This document shows positions 28,689 through 36,769 of a stretch of 64,000 bases of DNA, piece by piece. The notes below the pieces were generated by a model that made no database searches, had not been told where the DNA came from, and saw only the letters and a program-made list of their open reading frames with translations. Position 1 is the stretch's first letter. Every line of letters starts with the position of its first letter. The stretch comes from Candidatus Latescibacterota bacterium (GTDB lineage Bacteria; Latescibacterota; UBA2968), in NCBI GenBank assembly GCA_965220765.1, contig OZ244847.1:2862066-2926065 (forward strand), read 5' to 3'. The position numbers and the translations under genes were made by a program.

Positions 28689-30946
28689 ATGGTCAAATTT
28701 TCTGATCCGGATGATAGAGACAGAACGGTGCTTTCATTTGGAGACAGATTGATTTGCGCCGTTATATTTTCCGCAGAAAGTGCAATTTGATTTTCTGATA
28801 CAGTTATCGAAAAGTCGGGATCGCTCTCGCCTGGACCGCGAACAGAGAAAATCGCGGCAATCCTGCAGCGTTTTGTGCGCTCTGTCTCTGCTGTAAGATG
28901 CCATCGTTTTTCGGGCAATTCTTTATCGAGGGTCGGATAGCCTTTATCTGGCGGCACGGGCCATTCATCTGTCTGGCTGAGGCTAAGGTCTGTTGATCCA
29001 AAAAGCTGACCTTTTAATGATGCTCCCTTGCGATTAGAGATGACAGTCGTTGCATCGAGATCAAATTTTTCGAATGCGTGCAGTAACCATTGGAAGGTCG
29101 ATGCTTCGGGGACGTCCAATTCATCGACGAGAATTGTGACCGATGGGCGGATCATCACGAGATGTCGCCTGTATCGGTTCAACCGGTCCCCATAAGCGTT
29201 TTCCGCTTCGCCGCAGACATAGCCAAACGGATCTGTGGTCTTAAAATCGATAATTTCACCACCGCGGTTGCCATCCCGGTTGATTGCTCCCTCGCCATTG
29301 ACGAGAACGCAGTTGTGTGAAATCGAGTGTTGTGCATATTCGTTGTGAAATGGTGTGCCGTGATGCGGATAGCGAAGGCCACCGGCGCAGATTAAAGCGC
29401 GTCCACCTTTCATGATTGCAAAATCATTCTGGCTCGCATGACCGTGGCTTACGCCGCCAAAGGGCGATGATCGGAAGAGTACCATAAAATCACTATCTGG
29501 GTGTTCGATATCGCTGTGCAATGCGCCCCAGCCGACGCCCCGAAAGGCGCGATCTTGTGGTATTGTATCTTTTTCTTTCGGGATGGGCTTATATTCGAGT
29601 AAAATTCCGGGGAAGGGATCGATCTCTGCGGGCTGACTCTCGGAGTCGCGCACCTGATCTGCCCAGGCGCATAGCCGGTGATTTTGCAATCTGAGACCGT
29701 GAAATTGGAGAAAGGTTCTGGCTTGTGAGGCGCGAACGGGTTGATCTTCAGTATCGCCAAATGGCATAAGTTCACCAATTGGGGAAACGACGTAATAAAA
29801 AAACCACGGCATGTTCTGATAATAGGGTTTGAGCCATATATCGTGTCCGGTCGCCAATGTCCATGAGTGAATGGGCATTGCGTCACGCGAGTTGTAAGAC
29901 ATGCCATAGGGAACACCTTGCGCCCATCCCCCTTCATGCCCGGCCCAATGGGGAAAATTTGTCGCAATAAGTTTGAGCGCGTATTCCGCCCATGAGTGAG
30001 CGCGTTCGTCTTCTGCACATGCTATGGCGTGTTCGAGTAAGAAGCCGGGCAGGCGACCGTTGTGGCTCTCTTCGGGCGTGAATGTGTAATCGCTTTTCTC
30101 CAGTCTGCGGATCATCTGGTCTGCCCGTGCGCCGAGCATGCGAGCGACGAGTTCGCGTTCGTCTTTGGTGAAAATATCGTAGATCCAGTCATAAACTTCT
30201 GCGCCCGCTCTGAGCAATCCGAGGCCGACTTCGTCGCCATAAGGCGCGAGAATAGAGGATATGCCCTCCACATCCCACTGCGCAGCGTCAACAATAAAGC
30301 GCCGTGCGGCTTCGCCATATCGCTTCTCTCCTGTGAGTAAATAAAAAAGGGCGAGACTTCGCATGCCTCCATCGTGATATTTTCGCATGGTTCCGAAACA
30401 CTCTACATAAGCGAGCCTGCGTTCCGCAGGGTCTTCGATTTGATCGTAGGTCGGTTCTGGTGGTAGTTCGAGTGTGAGTGCGCGGTCGGCGTCTTTTTTC
30501 AGGGCTTCATAAGCTTCTGATCGGGTGGTTGTTAGCGAGCGGCGCACATTTTCCATGTCAGATGCCAGAAAGAAGAGTCGGGGGCGTTCTTTTGGGACGT
30601 TCGCGAGCAGTGTAGCGACGTCTGGGTGAGGTTGTTCGGCAGCGCAATCAGCAATTTCAAAAGATCGGCTTTCCGAGCGCGCATGAACCGCGCCATCCAC
30701 AATGGCGTGTACATGCCAGTCGTAAGTTCCGGGCGCAAAAGCGCGATCTGGATGGTGTATGGGATCGGAGAGCAGGGGAGATTCGTAGTAGGGTTTTCTA
30801 TCGCGCGTGACAATGACGCGATATTGACATGCATCCCGATCAGCGGCTCGCCACCAGCTAAAGCCGGGGGGCGAGAGTGTGAGGGTTTCACCGTCGAGTG
30901 GATGGATATAATTGGCGCGCGGCGGACGAATCGATGGAAATTTCAT
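28679..30946 (-). CDS. Heparinase II/III-family polysaccharide lyase-like protein (DUF4962-like N-terminus)
   Basis: N-terminal region PGFSWWRAADRDACQYRV.., an alginate-lyase-like alpha/alpha-toroid middle, and the C-terminal heparinase II/III motif GGVSHGHASQNDFAIM. No signal peptide is visible. Confidence 0.8.
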   Translation of the reverse strand: MKFPSIRPPRANYIHPLDGETLTLSPPGFSWWRAADRDACQYRVIVTRDRKPYYESPLLSDPIHHPDRAFAPGTYDWHVHAIVDGAVHARSESRSFEIADCAAEQPHPDVATLLANVPKERPRLFFLASDMENVRRSLTTTRSEAYEALKKDADRALTLELPPEPTYDQIEDPAERRLAYVECFGTMRKYHDGGMRSLALFYLLTGEKRYGEAARRFIVDAAQWDVEGISSILAPYGDEVGLGLLRAGAEVYDWIYDIFTKDERELVARMLGARADQMIRRLEKSDYTFTPEESHNGRLPGFLLEHAIACAEDERAHSWAEYALKLIATNFPHWAGHEGGWAQGVPYGMSYNSRDAMPIHSWTLATGHDIWLKPYYQNMPWFFYYVVSPIGELMPFGDTEDQPVRASQARTFLQFHGLRLQNHRLCAWADQVRDSESQPAEIDPFPGILLEYKPIPKEKDTIPQDRAFRGVGWGALHSDIEHPDSDFMVLFRSSPFGGVSHGHASQNDFAIMKGGRALICAGGLRYPHHGTPFHNEYAQHSISHNCVLVNGEGAINRDGNRGGEIIDFKTTDPFGYVCGEAENAYGDRLNRYRRHLVMIRPSVTILVDELDVPEASTFQWLLHAFEKFDLDATTVISNRKGASLKGQLFGSTDLSLSQTDEWPVPPDKGYPTLDKELPEKRWHLTAETERTKRCRIAAIFSVRGPGESDPDFSITVSENQIALSAENITAQINLSPNESTVLSLSSGSENLTIQS

Positions 30947-30965
30947 ATTTTAGTCCTTTCAGTTT

Positions 30966-32126
30966 CTAAGACCACAACACCGTGCCATCGGGCAGGTGTT
31001 TTAATATTTCTTCTTCGTCTAATTCGATGCCCAGTCCGGGACCTTCTGGCACGGTGATATATCCATTTTGAATCGGATTTTTGATATTCAACATCGTTGA
31101 CCAGAGCGGGATATTGGCGGAGTGATATTCCAGAGCCAGAAAGTTGGGTATGGTGGAACAGATGTGTACGGCGGCTATGCCCGCTACTGTGCTCGCCATA
31201 TAATGCGGCGCAATTGACATGTGATACATTTCAGCCAGTTCTGCGATGCGTCGCGTTTCTATGGCGCCGCCACTGCGCGGTATGTCGGGTTCGAGCAAGT
31301 CGCACGCGCCCTTTTCCATGAGTTCTCGAAATAGCTTTGCGCCATAAAAGATTTCGCCGGTGCAAATCGGCGTTTCTGTTTGCATACAAATTTTTGCCAA
31401 GGCATCCACGTTGCCCCATTCCCACCGAATGGGGTCTTCTAACCACAATAAGTCGAGGTGTTCCACATCTTTGCATATCCGCAAACCATCAATCGCGTTA
31501 AACGATCCGTGCAGATCTATCGATAAATCGATATACGGCCCAATCGCGTCGCGCAATGCTTCAATTGTCGTTACAATATGTTCGTGTTGTCGCCGTCCGA
31601 CAGATCGGTCGTACACATCCATTTTCCAGGGGTTGGGAACGTCCAGGTCGAACTTTAAGGCTGTAAATCCCTCGGCAACGCGCTCTTTTGCCCGCGCTAC
31701 ATAGCTCGATGTTTCATATACGGGATCTAATTCACCCGATGCCCGCACTTCATCCCAGCGTCGATTATAGTCTTCTGGTGTCCAGTACGCGCCCGAATGG
31801 CAATCGCAATACATCCGCACTTTGTCGCGGAGCTTTCCTCCCAGGAGATCGCACATTGGTACGCCGTAAGCTTTGCCAGCAATATCCCAGAGCGCGATTT
31901 CCACTCCGGCGCCCACGCCCTGCATGCGCCACAGGTGATCGTGATGCAATTGGTTTACATTGGTTGGGTCTTTTCCGATTAGCGTATTCTTTAATTGATC
32001 AACCGATTGTCCTCCGCGCCATTCACCCAATCCTTCAATGCCTTCGTCTGTGATGATTTTCACTAACGACCAGTGGCGGCATGCAGCACCCAGAGAGGGC
32101 GTTTTTTGTATATCTACGATTTTCAT
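30966..32126 (-). CDS. Enolase-superfamily acid-sugar dehydratase (mandelate racemase/muconate lactonizing enzyme family)
   Basis: Start at MKIVDIQ (32126). Motifs GIEGLGEW, IALWDIAGK, and metal-ligand contexts IDLHG, LWLEDP and CTGE are present. Confidence 0.9.
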   Translation of the reverse strand: MKIVDIQKTPSLGAACRHWSLVKIITDEGIEGLGEWRGGQSVDQLKNTLIGKDPTNVNQLHHDHLWRMQGVGAGVEIALWDIAGKAYGVPMCDLLGGKLRDKVRMYCDCHSGAYWTPEDYNRRWDEVRASGELDPVYETSSYVARAKERVAEGFTALKFDLDVPNPWKMDVYDRSVGRRQHEHIVTTIEALRDAIGPYIDLSIDLHGSFNAIDGLRICKDVEHLDLLWLEDPIRWEWGNVDALAKICMQTETPICTGEIFYGAKLFRELMEKGACDLLEPDIPRSGGAIETRRIAELAEMYHMSIAPHYMASTVAGIAAVHICSTIPNFLALEYHSANIPLWSTMLNIKNPIQNGYITVPEGPGLGIELDEEEILKHLPDGTVLWS

Positions 32127-32140
32127 GTTATCTCCTAATA

Positions 32141-33541
32141 TTAGTATCCCCAAATTCGTTTTTTGGGTCGTTCCATTTCGATTAGTCGTTTGATCAATAG
32201 ATGCCGATGTTCTATCAGTGCATTTGTGTGGTCTGGATCTTGCGATACATCGCGGTACTCGCCCCATTCGGCGTTCAGGTCATAGAGAAACTCGCTTCCA
32301 TCGTCATGCGCGATATAGCGATAGGCAGCAGACCGTATCATTTTCCAGCCCGTGGCTTCCATCAGTGCGACTGATTTGTGCGGGGCGTTTTCTCCGTTAA
32401 AAACGGGATATAGCGATTGGCCCTGTAAATGGGTTGGGAGGGGTACGCCACAGGCTTCGAGCAAGGTGGGGATTACATCGACGCCTTCGACGATGTTTGA
32501 TACGCGACGCCCGCTTTCTTTGCCGGGGATGTGCATCAGGAGGGGGACGCGGCTGACACAATCGTGCCCCGGGTAGTTTTTGCCATAGCGCAAATGTTCG
32601 CCCAGCCATTCGCCGTGATCGGATGTGAAGACCACGATTGTTTCATCTGCAATGCCCAATTCAGCCAGCGCGTCTAACATGCGTCCCACATGGTGATCTA
32701 CTTCGCTGACCATGCCGTAATATCCCTGTCGCGCGAGGCGAAGTTCGGGGTCGCCGTAGTGATTTTCATTGCGCTTTTCATCCTCTTCTGGCGGGAAGGA
32801 TGGCAGGGTCATTTGATCGGGGTCGTACAGGTCCAGAAAACGTTGTGGCGCAACCCAGGGCGAATGCGGGGAGTAAATTCCCGCGATGCACAAAAACGGG
32901 TTGCCTTCACTTGCGCGTTCCGACATATATTGAATTGATTGGCTCGCCACCCACGCCGTGTGGGTGTATTCATCTTTTCCGCGAAAGGCAATGGGGTGTT
33001 TGGGAAATCGTTCTTCGGGGTGATGCACACCGTCTTTTACACCCATCATCTGATGCCAGCGCTCCGATAATGGCGGCAATCCGAGGCTCAAATGATCGAG
33101 TTGGTCCGGTGCTTCCATGCGCACCCAGGCGCGATATGCATCTTCGTAACACCCGGGTTCGTCACTGATCTCCAGATGGTCAAATCCATAATCGGGATGT
33201 ATTTCGCGGTGGTCCCGATTGGCGTGTGGCAAAAAGTGCAATTTGCCGATATTTGCGGAGTGATATCCCGAATTGTGCAGCAATTTGGGCAATGTCACAA
33301 AGTCTTCGGGCACGGGTACACCCATATGCGTAATGCCGAGTGTGGAGGGGTATTGTCCGGTCAAAAAACTCACCCGACTGGGCATGCACACGGGGTTCTG
33401 GACAAAGTAGTGGTCGAAGTTTATACCCTCGTTTGCCAGACGATCCAGGTTCGGTGTCTGGATATCGGTGTTCCCATTTACACCCATGGCATCCCACCGC
33501 TGTTGGTCGGTGTAAATCAATAAGATATTCGGTCGTTTCAT
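32141..33541 (-). CDS. Cys-type sulfatase (arylsulfatase family), no signal peptide
   Basis: It begins MKRPNILLIYTDQQRWD. The formylglycine motif CMPSR (CxPxR) followed by FLTG is present, as is GKLHF and SDHGE. Confidence 0.9.
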   Translation of the reverse strand: MKRPNILLIYTDQQRWDAMGVNGNTDIQTPNLDRLANEGINFDHYFVQNPVCMPSRVSFLTGQYPSTLGITHMGVPVPEDFVTLPKLLHNSGYHSANIGKLHFLPHANRDHREIHPDYGFDHLEISDEPGCYEDAYRAWVRMEAPDQLDHLSLGLPPLSERWHQMMGVKDGVHHPEERFPKHPIAFRGKDEYTHTAWVASQSIQYMSERASEGNPFLCIAGIYSPHSPWVAPQRFLDLYDPDQMTLPSFPPEEDEKRNENHYGDPELRLARQGYYGMVSEVDHHVGRMLDALAELGIADETIVVFTSDHGEWLGEHLRYGKNYPGHDCVSRVPLLMHIPGKESGRRVSNIVEGVDVIPTLLEACGVPLPTHLQGQSLYPVFNGENAPHKSVALMEATGWKMIRSAAYRYIAHDDGSEFLYDLNAEWGEYRDVSQDPDHTNALIEHRHLLIKRLIEMERPKKRIWGY

Positions 33542-33689
33542 ATTGTTCCTTTCTTTTGTGTGATAAGGTCGTTCATAATACCCAAATTTACCGCCAAAAT
33601 CCACTGCCTTTTCTCTTGACATACCGTCCTATTTCGCCTTTTTTGATGTGACTTTGACGGATTTTTATTACTGATTATAGGAGATTGTA

Positions 33690-34979
33690 ATGCATTATAA
33701 AACACCGATTACCGATGTTCAGATTGAAGCCAATTTCGAGCACGCTGCCGAACAGTACGCCGCTTTTGGCGTGGATATTGAACGGGCTGTGGATAGGGCA
33801 CTCGAAGTGCCGATCTCGCTCCATTGCTGGCAGGGTGACGATGTGGCGGGTTTTGAAGTCAAAGACGAGGCTGTTGAAGGTGGTGGCATTATGGCTACGG
33901 GCAATTATCCCGGCCGTGCGCGTAGTGGAGATGAGCTTCGCCGAGATCTCAAAAAAGTGGTTGATCTGTTGCCCGGGCCACACAGGGCGAATATCCACGC
34001 TTCTTATGGTGATACGGGTGGCAAGGTCGTCGATCGCGACGCTCTGGAGCCTGAGCACTTTGCGAGTTGGATCGATTGGGCAAGAGCGTATGATATCGGT
34101 ATTGATTTTAATCCCACTTATTTTGCGCATCCCAAGGCGAATGATGGTTTTACTCTGAGCCATCCCGATAAAGGTATTCGCGATTTCTGGATTCAACACG
34201 GTATTGCGAGCCGCCGCATCTCTGAAGCCATTGGAAAAGCACTGGGGGATGAGGTTGTCAACAATCACTGGATTCCCGATGGTGCCAAAGACCATCCCGC
34301 TGATCGGTGGACGCCCCGCGAGCGTCTGGTGGAGGCATTGGATACTGTCTTTGACGATGGCCTGGGCATCGGTCCCGAATGTGTCGATGCGGTTGAAGGC
34401 AAGCTCTTTGGCTTGGGTATGGAAGATTATACGGTAGGATCCAATGATTTTTACGCCAATTATGCGTTGACACGGGGCGTACTCCTCTGTCTCGATATGG
34501 GGCATTTTCATCCGACTGAGTCGATTGCCGATAAGCTCTCAGCGCATTTTGCATTTCACGACAAGTTGCTCATCCACACGAGCCGCCCCATTCGCTGGGA
34601 CTCGGATCACGTTGTTCTCTTTAGCGATGATGTGCGCCATGTTTTTCTGGAACTCGCCCGCCACAATGCGATTGACCGCATGTATCTCGCACTCGATTTT
34701 TTCGATGCGAGCATCAATCGTATCGCCGCTTATGTTATTGGCACGCGCGCCACGCGCAAAGCCCTCCTCTATGGCCTCGTTGACCCAACGGATCGCCTGC
34801 GCCAACTCGAAGCCGAAGGCAAGCTCGCGCAAAAACTCGCGCTGATGGAAGATATGAAGACGATGCCATTTTCCGCCGTGTGGGATATGTGTTGCCTCAA
34901 AGCCAATGTACCTATCGGTGCTTCTTGGCTCGATGAGATAGAGGCTTATGAGCGCGATGTGTTGTCACAGCGCGATTGA
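33690..34979 (+). CDS. rhaA: L-rhamnose isomerase
   Basis: It appears colinear with E. coli RhaA as I remember it: SLHCWQGDDVAGFE, ATGNYPGRAR, GHFHPTE, RWDSDHVV and DFFDASINRIAAYVIGTR. Confidence 0.9.
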   Translation: MHYKTPITDVQIEANFEHAAEQYAAFGVDIERAVDRALEVPISLHCWQGDDVAGFEVKDEAVEGGGIMATGNYPGRARSGDELRRDLKKVVDLLPGPHRANIHASYGDTGGKVVDRDALEPEHFASWIDWARAYDIGIDFNPTYFAHPKANDGFTLSHPDKGIRDFWIQHGIASRRISEAIGKALGDEVVNNHWIPDGAKDHPADRWTPRERLVEALDTVFDDGLGIGPECVDAVEGKLFGLGMEDYTVGSNDFYANYALTRGVLLCLDMGHFHPTESIADKLSAHFAFHDKLLIHTSRPIRWDSDHVVLFSDDVRHVFLELARHNAIDRMYLALDFFDASINRIAAYVIGTRATRKALLYGLVDPTDRLRQLEAEGKLAQKLALMEDMKTMPFSAVWDMCCLKANVPIGASWLDEIEAYERDVLSQRD

Positions 34980-34995
34980 TTTTTAGTCCAGACGC

Positions 34996-35036
34996 AAAAC
35001 CGCCCGTCAGATCGTTCTGGCGGGCGGTTTGTTTTT
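34996..35036. terminator. Bidirectional intrinsic terminator between rhaA and the convergent PhyH operon
   Basis: CCGCCCGTCAG (35000-35010) pairs with CTGGCGGGCGG (35017-35027; 11 bp, one G-U pair). The loop is 6 nt. An A-tract lies 5' and TTTGTTTTT lies 3'. Confidence 0.65.
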
Positions 35037-35047
35037 CGGATTCGTCT

Positions 35048-35077
35048 TTCATCTGCGTTCATCTGCGTTCATCTGCG
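35048..35077. repeat. Tandem decamer TTCATCTGCG x3
   Basis: Three perfect head-to-tail copies lie at 35048-35077. A degenerate partial copy (TTCGTCT) precedes them. The repeat ends 2 nt before the stop codon of the minus-strand gene at 35080. Confidence 0.7.
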
Positions 35078-35079
35078 GA

Positions 35080-35901
35080 TCAAATCGTCAACGTCACGAA
35101 ATCCTTTTTTACGATCTCTTTTTCATGTGTATAGGATTGTGTCTCGAGAAGCTCTCGCGTTTCGGGCGCAAGCCTCGCCAGTATTGAATCGGGGTATTCG
35201 CGGATTTGTCGGTGATATTGCGGGCGATATCTGAGAATGAAGAAACGGCGATCTCGATCTTTGGGTTGCCAGGCCATTGCCCCATGTGTCATCAATTCTG
35301 TGGTTATGACAATATCACCAGCTCGAGCTGTGATATTCGCTACACCGAGGGGTACGTCTTTTTCGATCCACCCGTCGTTGAATACATCGGGTGGACGCTT
35401 AAAATCGCTTTTGTGCGATCCCGGTACGAGCAGCAATCCGCCATCTCCGGGCCAGACATCGGTGAGATAGATAAATACCACGAGGTCGTCGCAATAAATT
35501 TTGCCATCGTCGCAGCTATATCGGCAGCTATACGGACCAAAACTCTCGCGCGAGCAATGCAATCGATGAACGGGGTCTTTAGCCGTATTGATCCGCACTT
35601 CACCGCTGTTTAGCCTCGGTCGTCGCCCAGATACTTCCAGTACAATGGGCCAGAATGAACGGTGAAAGACCAACGCTTCCAGTACTTTGTCAAAAGCAAA
35701 AGCGTATTTGAATTGTGTGCGGTTTTTGTCAAATAATGAGGTCGAACGCCCAAATCCTTCGGGCAGTTCATCATCTGAGGCATTCACATACCGATCTATA
35801 GCCTGTTGTGCGGCTTTCAGTTCAGTTTGTTTAAGAAGTGCTTGTTCCAGATGCAAATATCCCATCATATCAAATAAATAGCGCTGTGCATCTGTCATCA
35901 T
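35080..35901 (-). CDS. Phytanoyl-CoA dioxygenase (PhyH)-family Fe(II)/2-oxoglutarate oxygenase-like protein, variant metal motif
   Basis: Start at MMTDAQ (35901), 5 nt after AGGAGG. It aligns by eye with its upstream paralogue (FIYLTDV / NYYLTDV; VPGSHK / IPGSHL; THG / WHRG; RRFFILRY / RSRYITQITY). It carries HCS where the paralogue has HQD. Confidence 0.8.
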   Translation of the reverse strand: MMTDAQRYLFDMMGYLHLEQALLKQTELKAAQQAIDRYVNASDDELPEGFGRSTSLFDKNRTQFKYAFAFDKVLEALVFHRSFWPIVLEVSGRRPRLNSGEVRINTAKDPVHRLHCSRESFGPYSCRYSCDDGKIYCDDLVVFIYLTDVWPGDGGLLLVPGSHKSDFKRPPDVFNDGWIEKDVPLGVANITARAGDIVITTELMTHGAMAWQPKDRDRRFFILRYRPQYHRQIREYPDSILARLAPETRELLETQSYTHEKEIVKKDFVTLTI

Positions 35902-35920
35902 AATTACCTCCTGTCTTTTG

Positions 35921-36769
35921 TCATCCATAAGCTCCATGATCCAAAAACCCGACGAGGCGTCTGAGTCTGGGGTTTGCGTTGCGATGGATTTGATCGGGCA
36001 TGGTGTAGTTCATAAAGGGATAGTATTTGTGCCCTATGAGCCGCCTGCCATAGGTGATTTGGGTGATGTAGCGGCTGCGATTGCTCTGATTTGGTCCCCC
36101 TCTGTGCCAGACCTGGTTGTTGAACATGATTACGCTACCGGCTTTGCCGAGGTTATAATGCACTTTGTCCTGCCATTTTTTCCAGGCATCAGTATTGAAA
36201 ACCTGACGCGGGTTTTCACCAATGAGATGTGAGCCTGGGATGACTTCTGTGCCGCCATGTTCGATTTTCGTCACATCGGTGAGATAATAATTGCAGGTGA
36301 ATACGAGTACGGGAAGGTGGATGTTTGTCGGTGGCTTGCCATCGGTGACAACATAATGCGGGGCGTCATCCTGATGCCAGGCGGTGAGGCCGCCGCCAGG
36401 GGGCGTGATGAAGGAGTTGTTGTGTATAACGTGACAATTTGCTTCAACAAGGGCTTCGGCAAAGCTGACGATGGGTTCGAGGTCAAACAGGTTGAGGTTG
36501 GCCTGGCTGTGTTCGAACATGCGATGGCACAGGCGGTGGCTGGCTTTGGAGCCTTGCGGATTGAGCTTGCCATTGGGGTCTTTATCTCGGCTGGTAAAAT
36601 GTGCGAGAGACCAGTCGAGGTCCGCTTTGAGTTGTGCGATGTGTTCTTCTTTTAAGACATCTTCGAGAAATAGAAATCCGTCTCTGTGAAATTGTTCTAC
36701 CCATTCGGAAATTTGGTCTGTATCGAGTAGATAATTGGATTCAAAGCGCTGATTTTGTGGTTTCATCAT
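35921..36769 (-). CDS. Phytanoyl-CoA dioxygenase (PhyH)-family Fe(II)/2-oxoglutarate oxygenase
   Basis: Motifs GFLFLEDVL, WHQDD (HxD), IPGSHL, the distal His in VWHRGGPN, and Arg in RSRY. Confidence 0.85.
   Translation of the reverse strand: MMKPQNQRFESNYLLDTDQISEWVEQFHRDGFLFLEDVLKEEHIAQLKADLDWSLAHFTSRDKDPNGKLNPQGSKASHRLCHRMFEHSQANLNLFDLEPIVSFAEALVEANCHVIHNNSFITPPGGGLTAWHQDDAPHYVVTDGKPPTNIHLPVLVFTCNYYLTDVTKIEHGGTEVIPGSHLIGENPRQVFNTDAWKKWQDKVHYNLGKAGSVIMFNNQVWHRGGPNQSNRSRYITQITYGRRLIGHKYYPFMNYTMPDQIHRNANPRLRRLVGFLDHGAYG

Noticed and set aside
30966-32267. Long N-terminal extensions in the ORF track. Examples are the dehydratase start at 32267, sulfatase at 33622, AKR at 44461, XPB at 55205, HemN-like at 9055, propeller at 10451 and ABC ATPase at 18659.
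   Set aside because: The extensions overlap upstream genes or intergenic signals and add residues with no family similarity. The internal ATGs are preceded by Shine-Dalgarno-like sequences and begin exactly at the conserved N-termini.
35048-35077. The tandem repeat as a possible CRISPR or minisatellite array.
   Set aside because: It is only three 10-bp units with no spacers, and no cas genes lie anywhere in the window. It is recorded as a simple tandem repeat.
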